A DNA stretch of 64,000 nt, taken from NCBI RefSeq assembly GCF_044324875.1, contig NZ_CP172185.1. One strand, written 5' to 3'. Of this stretch, positions 19,431 to 29,574 are shown piece after piece. The position numbers and the translations under genes were made by a program. Source of the DNA: Escherichia coli (GTDB lineage Bacteria > Pseudomonadota > Gammaproteobacteria > Enterobacterales > Enterobacteriaceae). The notes beneath the pieces were generated by a model. It had not been told where the DNA came from and did no database searches. It saw only the letters and a program-made list of their open reading frames with translations. The number at the start of each line of letters is the position of its first letter. Position 1 is the first letter of the stretch.

Positions 19431-21812
19431 TTAATCATTACAGGATAGGTTCATATTCCATTCATAAGCCTCAATGCCGTTAATCAGTAGTTGACGACTT
19501 TCTCCCTGAGGAATTATCACTTTCAATGTTTCCCATGCAGGGCGATAATCTCCATGAGTGTTTATTCTTAACTCAATTGTAGTGGCTGTGCAGTCCAGCT
19601 CCCATTCAAGCCACAGAGCATTACCTTCAGTATATCCCCAAGTTTCGCCATCATCTTCAAACAGAAGTCCGGTGGATTTACCCGTTCCTTTAATTGGGAA
19701 TAATTTCAATTTACGATGATTATCTTCCGCTTCACTCACGTATGTTATACGTTCACTAAGAGGAATACCTGCACCTGCACGTACTAATAATGGTAGTTTT
19801 TCCAGTGGCGCGTCGATTGTTATCCATTGACCACCACAGAACCATTCGCCATTGTAAAAGTCGTACCATCCTGTTTTGTTGTCGGGTAACCATACTCGTC
19901 GTTGTCGTTGCCCTGCTTCCACGACACTTGCAACCAGAATATCGCGTCCCAGCATAAAATCATCACATTCTTCAAATGTCTGAACATCGTGCTCATGATC
20001 AAGGAAGGTTGGACGTAATATTGGCTCATCATCGGCATGTGCCTGCCACAATAATGTATATAAATAAGGCATAAGACGATAACGTAACTCAATTGCACTA
20101 CGAATCGCGGGTGTTACTTCCGGATACATCCATGGTTCATTGACAGTATGATCATCATTCCACGAGTGGATCGTAAATCGGGGGTGCATAACACCGTTCT
20201 GAACCCAACGAACAAATAATTCTGGATCAGGCTTATCACCAGAAAAACCACCGACATCATGACCAATGTTATACAATCCTGAGAGGCTCATTCCCAGCCC
20301 CATGCGGGTGTTGTATCGAAGGGTATCCCAGTTAGTTCGGTTGTCCCCACTCCATGTCTGAACATAACGCTGCAATCCGGCGCATCCAGAGCGGGAAATC
20401 AAATATGGTCGTTTGTTCGGTGCAAATTTTTGCTGTGCTTCCATAGATGCTCTGCACATTAAAAGAGGCATTACTGGCCGAATGTGTTTAATGGCGATTT
20501 CTTTGCCAAAACCATGACAGCGCGCTTCCCCATCCCATACTTCAAACTCATTGTTATCATTCCAGGTGGAATCAATTCCCATTTCAAGTAGTTGTGTGGT
20601 TACACCTTCCTGCCACCATGCGACTGTTTGTGGGTTCGTAAAGTCCAGATGAGAACCCTCATCATCCCAGAAGCTGGAGCGTTCCGGGACGTTGTATTCA
20701 GAGTCACGAATAAAGAGCTCTTGTTCTGCTACTTCGTTATAGCGAGGATGATCCTGCAATAAACATGGTTTTATATTAGCGGCCAGGTGTATCCCTGCAT
20801 TATGAAACTCCTGACTCATCATTTTAGGGTGTGGAACTTTGTCGTAATTCCAGTTGAATACGTAGCGTTTACCATTAATAGAAGTATAACCAGAAGATAG
20901 CTGGAAAGAATCACATGGAATAGCATGTTCCTTACAAAGACGAATAAACTGCATCAATTGATTCTGAGCATCCGGTGCATCTGTATAGTGCATCGTGGAA
21001 CCGCTGTACCCAAGACTCCATTTTGGACCGAAGAGTGTTTTCCCCGTCAAACGAACAAAGGCTTTGGTGATATCAAGTACACATCTGCCAGTGAAAAGAT
21101 AATAATCAATATCTCCCGCCTCAGCCTGCCAACGGCGGTAAGTTGTATGATAATTATCTATTTCATTACCTAAATCCAGCCAACTATTGCTGAGGTTATC
21201 ATAAAATAATCCAAAGCTAATATCGCTACGGTGAGTAATTGTAAATGGAATATGTTTATAAAGAGGGTCTGTACTTACTGCATTATATCCCATTGCGTCC
21301 AGGTTCCGCATTTCATAGCGTTTTCCTGTGCGTTGCAGATCCCCGGATTTATCACCAAGTCCATAAAAACGCTCGTCATTACGTCGACTTTGATAGTGTG
21401 CAACACCATCACCATGAGCGTTTATCAGATAAGCACTGGTAGGGCGATCATTAACAAGTTCCTGCCACTGACCAGCATTATCCTTATAATGCCATTCAAG
21501 CCATAAAGGCTTGTGAATAATTACGCGTAATGAACTGGTCGTGATTGTCAGTAATTCATCATTCTGCTCCATGTTCCAGGTCGGCAGTGAAAAACCGCTA
21601 ATATCTTCGCGATGACGCCCTTCCCACGGGACATCCTTTTCCGGAGCAATGCTCCAGGTTCGGTCCAGCGACAAAACCCCCTTCCGTTTTAATAGAACCC
21701 GGAACATATTTTCTTCGAGTATATACAGGCAAAGAGAATGCTGACCATCAACTAATAGCTCTATATGATGGGCTGACTGATTTTGTAGTTTCCAGTTTTT
21801 TAATGTTTTCAT
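19431..21812 (-). CDS. GH31 family alpha-glycosidase (about 793 aa)
   Basis: The GH31 catalytic motifs are present: ...DSTWNDNNEF (nucleophile Asp region) and GHDVGGF (acid/base region). The start is taken at the ATG at 21812 (GGGAG 9 nt upstream); the track ORF begins at the GTG at 21818. Confidence 0.85.
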   Translation of the reverse strand: MKTLKNWKLQNQSAHHIELLVDGQHSLCLYILEENMFRVLLKRKGVLSLDRTWSIAPEKDVPWEGRHREDISGFSLPTWNMEQNDELLTITTSSLRVIIHKPLWLEWHYKDNAGQWQELVNDRPTSAYLINAHGDGVAHYQSRRNDERFYGLGDKSGDLQRTGKRYEMRNLDAMGYNAVSTDPLYKHIPFTITHRSDISFGLFYDNLSNSWLDLGNEIDNYHTTYRRWQAEAGDIDYYLFTGRCVLDITKAFVRLTGKTLFGPKWSLGYSGSTMHYTDAPDAQNQLMQFIRLCKEHAIPCDSFQLSSGYTSINGKRYVFNWNYDKVPHPKMMSQEFHNAGIHLAANIKPCLLQDHPRYNEVAEQELFIRDSEYNVPERSSFWDDEGSHLDFTNPQTVAWWQEGVTTQLLEMGIDSTWNDNNEFEVWDGEARCHGFGKEIAIKHIRPVMPLLMCRASMEAQQKFAPNKRPYLISRSGCAGLQRYVQTWSGDNRTNWDTLRYNTRMGLGMSLSGLYNIGHDVGGFSGDKPDPELFVRWVQNGVMHPRFTIHSWNDDHTVNEPWMYPEVTPAIRSAIELRYRLMPYLYTLLWQAHADDEPILRPTFLDHEHDVQTFEECDDFMLGRDILVASVVEAGQRQRRVWLPDNKTGWYDFYNGEWFCGGQWITIDAPLEKLPLLVRAGAGIPLSERITYVSEAEDNHRKLKLFPIKGTGKSTGLLFEDDGETWGYTEGNALWLEWELDCTATTIELRINTHGDYRPAWETLKVIIPQGESRQLLINGIEAYEWNMNLSCND

Positions 21813-21826
21813 CTCCACATACTCCC

Positions 21827-23128
21827 TCAGGTGCGTTTTTTGCGACGTTCTGCAATAAAAGTAACCAGAAAAAAAGCACCAATAAGATCAAAAAATCCCA
21901 TGGCGATAAATAGCGGGTTAAAGCCTATTTTGTCAGCAGTAACGCCAATAATCAGTGAGAACAAAAAGCTGGCAATCCATGCGGCTGAACCACGCATTCC
22001 ATTAACAGTGGCCATCTGCCCCTTATCAAAAGATTCAACGACCAGGGCACTTAACATGCAGGAAATTATCTGATGACCAAAACCACCAATGGAGATAAGT
22101 ACAATAGCAATATATGGATTGTCGATAAAAGCAATCACAGCAAGCGAAACCATTAGAAATGCTCCGCTTACAGAGGACGCAATAACAGAATTTACTCTGC
22201 TTAACCCAAACAGACGGGTATAGAGTTTTGTCAGATATCCGCTGGCAATACTTCCTAAATCAGCGCAAAGAAATGGTAACCATGCAAACAGAGCTATTTG
22301 TTTAAGGTCCATGCCATATGCTTTTGCAAGATATAATGGCACCCAAAAGCTCATTACAGCCCATGCTGGCTCTGCCATAAATGCAGGGATAGCGATTCCA
22401 TAAAAGCGTTTATTTTTACTAACTGTTTTTAACGCGGTCAGAAAAGGCATTTTTACCGGAGGAGCTTCGTTATCCTGTCGGATAAAGTTGAGCTCATTTT
22501 TACTTAAGTTTGGGTGCTCTTCTGGTGTGTTATAACACGCCCACCAAAGGAAAACCCAAAGAATTGCAAGTGCACCTGTAAACATAAATGCACCCTGCCA
22601 ACCAAATGACGCATGTGCAAAGTAAATAATTGGTGGTGCAAGCATTGCACCGATAGAAAAACCGACACCCGCCCAGCCAGCAGCAACAGGACGTTCAGAT
22701 TTTGGAAACCACTCACCTATAATTTTTGCATTTGCAGGTGTCGCAGAAGCCTCAGCACCTCCCATGAAAAAACGAAGCAACGCAAGCTGTATCCAGCTTC
22801 CTGCTCCTGCATGCAGAAGACAAGCAATTCCCCATAATGAAGCACAAATCATAAATCCAATCTTGAGCCCAATAACATCAATTAGCCATCCACAAAGTGG
22901 CTGAAAAAGGGTATATGCAAGCTGAAATCCACCAACAATCCAGGAGTATTGTTCAGTTGTAATTCCAAGGCTGTCTTTTAACTCTGGTGCCAAAATACCT
23001 AATGAGTTTCTGGTAATATAATTGACAGTGACACCCATTAGAAAAAGGATTAACATCCACCACCGTAGTTGTCTTATTATTCGACGGTGTTTGCTGACAG
23101 CTATATTATTATTTATATCCTGACTCAT
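21827..23128 (-). CDS. MFS transporter of the anion:cation symporter type (ExuT hexuronate-transporter-like)
   Basis: Collinear similarity to E. coli ExuT as I recall it (LRWxM..., YLTRN, FPxxERxxAxG, AEPAWxxxxxW.PL, FAWxPxLxADLG). The start is chosen at MSQDINNN (23128). Confidence 0.8.
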   Translation of the reverse strand: MSQDINNNIAVSKHRRIIRQLRWWMLILFLMGVTVNYITRNSLGILAPELKDSLGITTEQYSWIVGGFQLAYTLFQPLCGWLIDVIGLKIGFMICASLWGIACLLHAGAGSWIQLALLRFFMGGAEASATPANAKIIGEWFPKSERPVAAGWAGVGFSIGAMLAPPIIYFAHASFGWQGAFMFTGALAILWVFLWWACYNTPEEHPNLSKNELNFIRQDNEAPPVKMPFLTALKTVSKNKRFYGIAIPAFMAEPAWAVMSFWVPLYLAKAYGMDLKQIALFAWLPFLCADLGSIASGYLTKLYTRLFGLSRVNSVIASSVSGAFLMVSLAVIAFIDNPYIAIVLISIGGFGHQIISCMLSALVVESFDKGQMATVNGMRGSAAWIASFLFSLIIGVTADKIGFNPLFIAMGFFDLIGAFFLVTFIAERRKKRT

Positions 23129-23389
23129 AATCACCCCACCGGATGTAATAAATGATCGAGCGACAACGCAGCTCGGGGTTGCCACATCCCACTTTACCTT
23201 TCGGCTTAATACTTAAACCGGAACTACTCATTCACAATAAAAGAGGGGGGCGATGAAAAAAAGTTGGTATTGTGCACGTTTTTTCATAAGTAGTTCATAT
23301 AAATTCTAAAAATAGTCAGAAGTCCTTGCAGTCAGGCTATTCCATCCCATGAGAATTTTTTCATTTTGAAATTAGAGATAGATCACAAT

Positions 23390-24460
23390 ATGGAAAAAAA
23401 ACTAAAGATTGCTGATATTGCCATGCGAACAGGCCTTTCATCCAGCACCGTGTCACGGGTTTTAGCGGGTAAAGCTAATACCAGTTATCGTGCCCGCGAG
23501 AAAGTATTGGCGTGTGCCAGAGAGCTTGGGGTTATGGATGGAATGGCATCCGGCCGTATGTTGTTAAACAACCTTGTCATTTTTGCTCCTCAACGGGCTT
23601 TTGATGAGCGAACAGACATTTTTTATTTCCGCGTAATCCAAAGCATCAGCAAGGCATTATCGCATTATGAGGTTCGGTTGCGTTACTGTGCCCTTGATGA
23701 GTTCGATAGTACACCTTCAAAATTCCTGGCGCGCATGAATGAGGCAGAAACACAGGCTGCAATATTGCTTGGTATTGATGATCCTCATATACATGATCTT
23801 GCAGCAGATTTTTCTAAGCCGTGCGTAATGATTAACTGCCATGATCGACGTATGCGTCTTCCCACAGTTGCTCCAGATCACAAAAACATTGGTGCTTTTG
23901 CGTCTCACTTTCTGTTTGAAATGGGGCATCGCAGAGTAATGAACATTATGTGTTTACGTCGATACACAATGGAACTGCGACTTGCCGGAATTAAAGAAGC
24001 ATGGGAGAGACAGAATCAGAACTTTAAAGATGACAGAGATTTACTCACTATTAATAGTTTCAGCGCCAAAGAAGCCGAAGAAAAAGTCGGAGCATGGCTG
24101 GATATGACAGAGAAAAGTATGCTACCGACTGCTTTTTTGGCAAGTGGGGACTTCATTGCTGCAGGTATAATTAACGCTTTAAAAAAACGTAATATACGAG
24201 TGCCACAAGATGTGTCCGTAATGAGTATTGATGGGTTTAATCTGGCTGCAATAGAAGATGTGCCACTTACGGCAGTACATGTACCTCGCGATGAACTGGG
24301 TACTGAAGCGGTACATATGTTACAACAAAGACTTGTACGTCCTGATGCAACTGTTGGTGCATTACTTTTGTATGGGAAACTGGTAATACGAGAATCTGTT
24401 CGCCGTATACGGCCAGGGAAAGAGCCAACTCCGATTAAAGGAGATGGACTGTATGACTGA
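23390..24460 (+). CDS. LacI/GalR-family transcriptional regulator
   Basis: It has the HTH KIADIAMRTGLSSSTVSRVLAGK and a sugar-binding core. It is divergent from the MFS-GH31 pair. The start is taken at the ATG at 23390. Confidence 0.85.
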   Translation: MEKKLKIADIAMRTGLSSSTVSRVLAGKANTSYRAREKVLACARELGVMDGMASGRMLLNNLVIFAPQRAFDERTDIFYFRVIQSISKALSHYEVRLRYCALDEFDSTPSKFLARMNEAETQAAILLGIDDPHIHDLAADFSKPCVMINCHDRRMRLPTVAPDHKNIGAFASHFLFEMGHRRVMNIMCLRRYTMELRLAGIKEAWERQNQNFKDDRDLLTINSFSAKEAEEKVGAWLDMTEKSMLPTAFLASGDFIAAGIINALKKRNIRVPQDVSVMSIDGFNLAAIEDVPLTAVHVPRDELGTEAVHMLQQRLVRPDATVGALLLYGKLVIRESVRRIRPGKEPTPIKGDGLYD

Positions 24461-24755
24461 AACCACAGCCTCTGATTCTTCCGGTCAAGGGAAAATAAGC
24501 GTAATGTTCATCACCAGATTATGTACGATGAGTTTTCCACTGTTTATAGCAATTATCTTGCTAATAACCAGACAGGAGTAACCAGACCAACCGAAAACAC
24601 CGGGAAGGTGATTACCCGCTGGCAGAGGAAATCCGGTTTTTTTTGATGTCAGCCATAACGTGTTTGACAATAAAGCATTATGAAAGGGTGTTAATGAGTC
24701 CATGGGATAATTCATAAAAATAATTTACTGTGTTATCCTTTTCAAAAGAAATATT

Positions 24756-24786
24756 CAGAAGATAACCCCTGGCTGACAACCAGGGG
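24756..24786 (-). terminator. Stem-loop downstream of the TPR-like gene
   Basis: cccctgg-N7-ccagggg; on the minus strand it is followed by ttatcttctg, a weak U tract. Confidence 0.4.
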
Positions 24787-24857
24787 AAGGGGACATTAAC
24801 AGTGTTATTATTGGTGGATAAATTATTACTTGTGTGCAGGATACACTAATGCAATAT

Positions 24858-25901
24858 CTACTGATACTGTATGCCAGTATGTTTCATGCCTGCCGCTGAA
24901 AACGGCAATATCCAGGGCCAGACATATTCACCATTCATATTTCTGCATTTCTGTACAATTTTTTCAGAAAGCGTCTCATCAATTCTTTCACGCAACTTCT
25001 CCTGCTGTCTTAAAATACTTTCGCATATTTCGAAATCACCTTCCTGCATCAGCATTTCGGCGCATTTAATGATTTCTGCCCGTTCATGCAGCACAGAGGA
25101 ATGATTATAGAGCCAGTTTACAAACAGCAATGCTTCCGGATATTGTCCCCATAATGGTGAGTATGTTGCATAGTAATCTTCTGCCGTATCCAGAGAGCCG
25201 GAGAAGTCATGCCACACAGCAAGTGGAAATGGATGCAGATTTCCGCACAGCATTTCTGCGATGTAAGTGTTTGTGGCAAAGCCATGGCGAAAATCTGTGG
25301 CGGCCTTAACATGTTCCCCGTTCAGAAAATGCAGGAGACCGAGTTCATACCAGTAAGGTGAAAATTCATCAGCATGCTCTTTCAGTACACTGAAGGCTCG
25401 CTCATGATCGCCGGTGCGTAACAGCTCTGAACCCAACAACCAGCGAGCCCCCTGATTATCTTCAGGATTGTATGCCAGTATTTTATCAGTGAGCATAACC
25501 GCATCCTGATGGCGCTGTAAGTGCACATTTGCGAGAATTGCTGCATAAAGCGCGCGCAGATAAGGCCGGTTTTCGGGATGCATCCAGATTATTTCACCAC
25601 AGAAACTTTCCGGGATGATACGATTACCTGCCGCCAGTCCTTTAAGAGCGGCGTTCAGTGCCTTACGCGGGGCATTCTGTTCCAGAAATGCATATGCCAG
25701 ATGAGCGTGTATATCAATAAAATCCGGCTCCCGTTGAGCAAGGCGTCGGAGTTTGTTGATGTAACTCGTCTCGCTGATTTCATCAGCGTCGTATGCATCA
25801 AGCACTTCTTCAAACTCCCCCAGCAATGGGCCAAACCAGGTATCCGGAAATACGAAATAACCCTGGTTATCGTGCACTTCAAAGCATAATCTATCGTTCA
25901 T
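24858..25901 (-). CDS. Hypothetical protein with TPR-like helical repeats (347 aa)
   Basis: Track ORF with repeated amphipathic helix pairs (e.g. HAHLAYAFLEQNAPRKALNAALKGL; YLRALYAAILANVHLQRHQDAVMLTDKILAYNPED; WYELGLLHFLNGEHVKAATDFRHG). I recognise no catalytic motif. Confidence 0.6.
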   Translation of the reverse strand: MNDRLCFEVHDNQGYFVFPDTWFGPLLGEFEEVLDAYDADEISETSYINKLRRLAQREPDFIDIHAHLAYAFLEQNAPRKALNAALKGLAAGNRIIPESFCGEIIWMHPENRPYLRALYAAILANVHLQRHQDAVMLTDKILAYNPEDNQGARWLLGSELLRTGDHERAFSVLKEHADEFSPYWYELGLLHFLNGEHVKAATDFRHGFATNTYIAEMLCGNLHPFPLAVWHDFSGSLDTAEDYYATYSPLWGQYPEALLFVNWLYNHSSVLHERAEIIKCAEMLMQEGDFEICESILRQQEKLRERIDETLSEKIVQKCRNMNGEYVWPWILPFSAAGMKHTGIQYQ

Positions 25902-26311
25902 TTTCTGAGCCTGTAAAACATGTGGTGATATAGTCTGAGAGCATAAAAGTTGAGATTCTGTGTATCAAGTCCTGTCTTGGCACTGAATGAATATTGCTTA
26001 CAAAGCCCCTTCATGCTTTCCTTGAGAACAATAATTTTATCTTTATGTGAATCTCATTTTTTATAATGATGTCAGATGATTGAAATGCTAAATTATATCT
26101 GAATCAACTTTTCCTTTGCTAAAGGTATCGAAATAACTGCAAGGCTGTATTTTGTAATTGCCAATTTTAAAATGTCAATTTGCTTTTAATTATGTTTTTG
26201 TAATAAGTTTGAAGACGCAAAAAATAATATAATAACAAAAATCCTCCAGCCTTGTAGGCCAGAGGATAAAATACTTAATTGAGGAAAACATCAGGGAAAA
26301 GTATTTTTGAC

Positions 26312-27496
26312 TTAACTTTCCCGGCTGGAGAGTGAATCAATGTAATCAGCGTACCATTGCATCATTTCACGGCGGCCATCGAGATACAGGGCATGATTAT
26401 AGGTACCCCTGATGGAATTTTTATCCACATGAGCTAACTGCATTTCAATCCAGGCGGAATTAAAGCCTTGTTCATGCAGAATTGTACTCATGGTGTGTCT
26501 GAAACCGTGCCCTGTGAGTCTTCCCTTATATCCAAGTAATTCAATTACTTGGTTAATGCTTTCCTTACTAATTGGTTTGCGGGGATCATTTCTACCGATA
26601 AAGACTAGGGGATGATGTTTTGAGATTGGTTCAAGCTGCTTAAATAGCATAATGACCTGCTCAGAGAGCGGCACAATATGAGGTCGCTTCATCTTCATTA
26701 CTTCTGCCGGGATCTCCCACAATTTTGTCTCAAAATCGATATCTTCCCAGCGTGCAAAACGCAGTTCTTGTGTTCGTACGCCGGTTAACATAATGATCTG
26801 AGTAGCTGTCTTAGTGATTATACTTCCGGTATAACCCGCCAGATCGTTGAGGAAGTGGGGAAGTTCATTAGCAGTAAGAAAGGGAAAATGTACTTTTTTC
26901 GGTGTAGCTAAAGCACTGGCAAGATCGGGGGCTGGGTTATAGTCTGCCCGGCCAGTAACAATTGCATAGCGGAACACCTCACCACAGCGCTGGCGGACCT
27001 TGCGCATTTTCTCCAGAGCTCCACGTTTTTCCATTTTACGCAGTGCTTCCAGTAACTCCATTGGTTTGATTTCGGCAATAGGGCGCTTGCCAATGTAGGG
27101 AAAAATGTCTTTTTCAAAGGTATCAATGATTTCATCACGATAGCGTAATGACCACCGATCGGCTTTTGACTGGTGCCATTCGCGAGCAATAGCCTCGAAC
27201 GTATTTTGCAGACTCATTTGCTGCGCGATTTTTTCTTCCTTTTTTGCCTCCCCTGGATCGCCTCCAGCAGCGAGGAGTTTCCTGGCTTCACTGCGTTTCT
27301 CGCGAGCATCGGCTAGCGTTACATCGGGGTATACGCCAATAGAAAGCATCTTTTCTTTACCAGCAAAGCGGTACTTCATGCGCCAGTATTTAGAACCATT
27401 AGTGTTAATCAGTAGATACATACCGCCGCCATCAGCAAGCTTATAGGGTTTGTCTTTGGGTTTTGCGGTTTTCACTTTGATATCGGTTAATGCCAT
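26312..27496 (-). CDS. int: P4-type tyrosine integrase (394 aa), intact
   Basis: It has the N-terminal DUF4102-like arm domain (KPYKLADGGGMYLLI...GSKYWRMKYRFAGKEK) and the catalytic residues ...HGFRHT... and ...RGTYNH.... It lies 300 bp from the 3' end of selC. Confidence 0.9.
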   Translation of the reverse strand: MALTDIKVKTAKPKDKPYKLADGGGMYLLINTNGSKYWRMKYRFAGKEKMLSIGVYPDVTLADAREKRSEARKLLAAGGDPGEAKKEEKIAQQMSLQNTFEAIAREWHQSKADRWSLRYRDEIIDTFEKDIFPYIGKRPIAEIKPMELLEALRKMEKRGALEKMRKVRQRCGEVFRYAIVTGRADYNPAPDLASALATPKKVHFPFLTANELPHFLNDLAGYTGSIITKTATQIIMLTGVRTQELRFARWEDIDFETKLWEIPAEVMKMKRPHIVPLSEQVIMLFKQLEPISKHHPLVFIGRNDPRKPISKESINQVIELLGYKGRLTGHGFRHTMSTILHEQGFNSAWIEMQLAHVDKNSIRGTYNHALYLDGRREMMQWYADYIDSLSSRES

Positions 27497-27795
27497 GACA
27501 TCCTCCGGCTTTTGATGAATTCATGTTCCTGAGGGGGATTTCTGCCAGTAACTAACCTGATACCCCCAATACACCCCTTGTATAACAAAGATGTTGTTAA
27601 AAGCCGTTGTTATATATCATATTTTTCCTATTATGGGGGTGCTGGTATTTCAATAGGAAATAACACCCCCTAAAGTACCCCCAAAAGAAACTTGATACGG
27701 GGTGAAGTAGGTTGACCTCTGGATACAAATAAATACTGATATACAAGGGATTAGAAGAGATTTATTGACATTGGGAGAGTTCAGAAGAGGTAAAC

Positions 27796-27890
27796 TGGCG
27801 GAAGATCACAGGAGTCGAACCTGCCCGGGACCGCTGGCGGCCCCAACTGGATTTGAAGTCCAGCCGCCTCACCGGAGACGACGATCTTCC
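27796..27890 (-). tRNA. selC: tRNA-Sec (selenocysteine, UCA anticodon)
   Basis: The minus strand reads GGAAGATCGTCGTCTCCGGTGAGGCGGCTGGACTTCAAATCCAGTTGGGGCCGCCAGCGGTCCCGGGCAGGTTCGACTCCTGTGATCTTCCGCCA, 95 nt with the long extra arm. Confidence 0.95.
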
Positions 27891-28182
27891 GCGCCTCGAT
27901 TGCTACATGGAGGCGGGGCGCATTATAGCTACTTCCTTGAGTTTCTACATCCCCCAGATCAGTTTTTTCCGCCTAATACACGCAGCGTATTATCACGGAA
28001 GCATTATAATTCATATAAAACCCATATTTTACAATGATATATGAGCGGAATTAACGCTACCACGATCACATAAAACAAGAATCATAAATTAATAACCAGA
28101 TATCGGAATATTCGCTCTCACAGGGATGGTTTACAAAATGCGTTATCGGTCTCAGCACCCCTATAGCATCAAGGAAAAGCAG

Positions 28183-29565
28183 ATGAAGAGTGAAGTGTTG
28201 TCCGTTAAAGAGAAAATTGGTTATGGCATGGGAGACGCCGCCAGCCACATTATTTTCGATAACGTAATGTTATATATGATGTTCTTTTATACCGATATTT
28301 TTGGCATTCCTGCCGGATTTGTCGGAACTATGTTTTTGGTCGCTCGTGCACTGGATGCGATTTCCGATCCTTGCATGGGGTTGTTGGCCGATCGAGCGCG
28401 CTCTCGCTGGGGTAAATTTCGTCCGTGGGTACTGTTTGGCGCACTGCCATTTGGGATCGTCTGTGTACTGGCCTATAGCACGCCAGATCTCAGTATGAAC
28501 GGAAAAATGATTTATGCAGCAATTACTTACACCCTACTTACCTTACTTTATACCATCGTTAATATCCCTTACTGCGCATTGGGTGGTGTAATCACCAATG
28601 ACCCGACTCAGCGTATCTCGCTGCAATCCTGGCGTTTTGTGCTGGCGACCGCGGGAGGCATGCTCTCTACTGTGCTGATGATGCCGCTGGTTAATTTAAT
28701 TGGTGGTGATAATAAACCACTCGGTTTCCAGGGCGGTATCGCGGTCCTTTCCGTGGTGGCATTCATGATGCTGGCATTTTGTTTCTTTACCACTAAAGAA
28801 CGCGTTGAAGCACCACCTACAACGACGTCTATGCGGGAAGATTTACGTGATATCTGGCAAAACGATCAGTGGCGGATTGTCGGTTTACTGACCATTTTCA
28901 ATATTCTGGCGGTGTGCGTACGCGGCGGGGCGATGATGTATTACGTCACATGGATTTTGGGTACGCCGGAAGTGTTTGTCGCTTTTCTTACCACTTATTG
29001 CGTGGGTAACCTGATTGGTTCCGCACTGGCGAAACCGCTGACCGACTGGAAATGTAAAGTCACTATCTTCTGGTGGACGAACGCCCTGCTGGCAGTGATT
29101 AGCCTCGCGATGTTCTTTGTTCCTATGCAGGCCAGCATCACTATGTTTGTCTTCATCTTCGTGATTGGTGTGTTGCATCAACTGGTGACACCTATCCAGT
29201 GGGTAATGATGTCCGATACCGTCGACTACGGCGAGTGGTGCAATGGTAAACGCCTGACCGGGATCAGTTTTGCTGGCACGCTGTTTGTGCTCAAGCTGGG
29301 GTTGGCCTTCGGCGGCGCTCTTATCGGCTGGATGCTGGCTTATGGCGGATATGATGCGGCAGAAAAAGCGCAGAACAGCGCCACGATTAGCATCATTATC
29401 GCGCTATTCACGATTGTTCCGGCGATCTGTTATTTGCTGAGCGCGATTATCGCTAAACGCTACTACTCACTCACGACGCACAATCTGAAAACCGTTATGG
29501 AACAGCTGGCTCAGGGCAAACGCCGTTGCCAGCAACAATTCACCTCTCAAAATGTGCAGAACTAA
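28183..29565 (+). CDS. yicJ: GPH-family glycoside/pentoside:cation symporter
   Basis: Matches K-12 YicJ (MKSEVLSVKEKIGYGMGDAASH...). Confidence 0.95.
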   Translation: MKSEVLSVKEKIGYGMGDAASHIIFDNVMLYMMFFYTDIFGIPAGFVGTMFLVARALDAISDPCMGLLADRARSRWGKFRPWVLFGALPFGIVCVLAYSTPDLSMNGKMIYAAITYTLLTLLYTIVNIPYCALGGVITNDPTQRISLQSWRFVLATAGGMLSTVLMMPLVNLIGGDNKPLGFQGGIAVLSVVAFMMLAFCFFTTKERVEAPPTTTSMREDLRDIWQNDQWRIVGLLTIFNILAVCVRGGAMMYYVTWILGTPEVFVAFLTTYCVGNLIGSALAKPLTDWKCKVTIFWWTNALLAVISLAMFFVPMQASITMFVFIFVIGVLHQLVTPIQWVMMSDTVDYGEWCNGKRLTGISFAGTLFVLKLGLAFGGALIGWMLAYGGYDAAEKAQNSATISIIIALFTIVPAICYLLSAIIAKRYYSLTTHNLKTVMEQLAQGKRRCQQQFTSQNVQN

Positions 29566-29574
29566 GGAACGGCA

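Noticed and set aside
24504-24581. 25-codon hydrophobic ORF (MFITRLCTMSFPLFIAIILLITRQE) downstream of the LacI-family gene, superficially like a type I toxin or Hok N-terminus
   Set aside because: It has only a weak ribosome-binding context. I could see no antisense-RNA-like fold-back or promoter pair. It is too short and too generic to distinguish from chance without comparative data.
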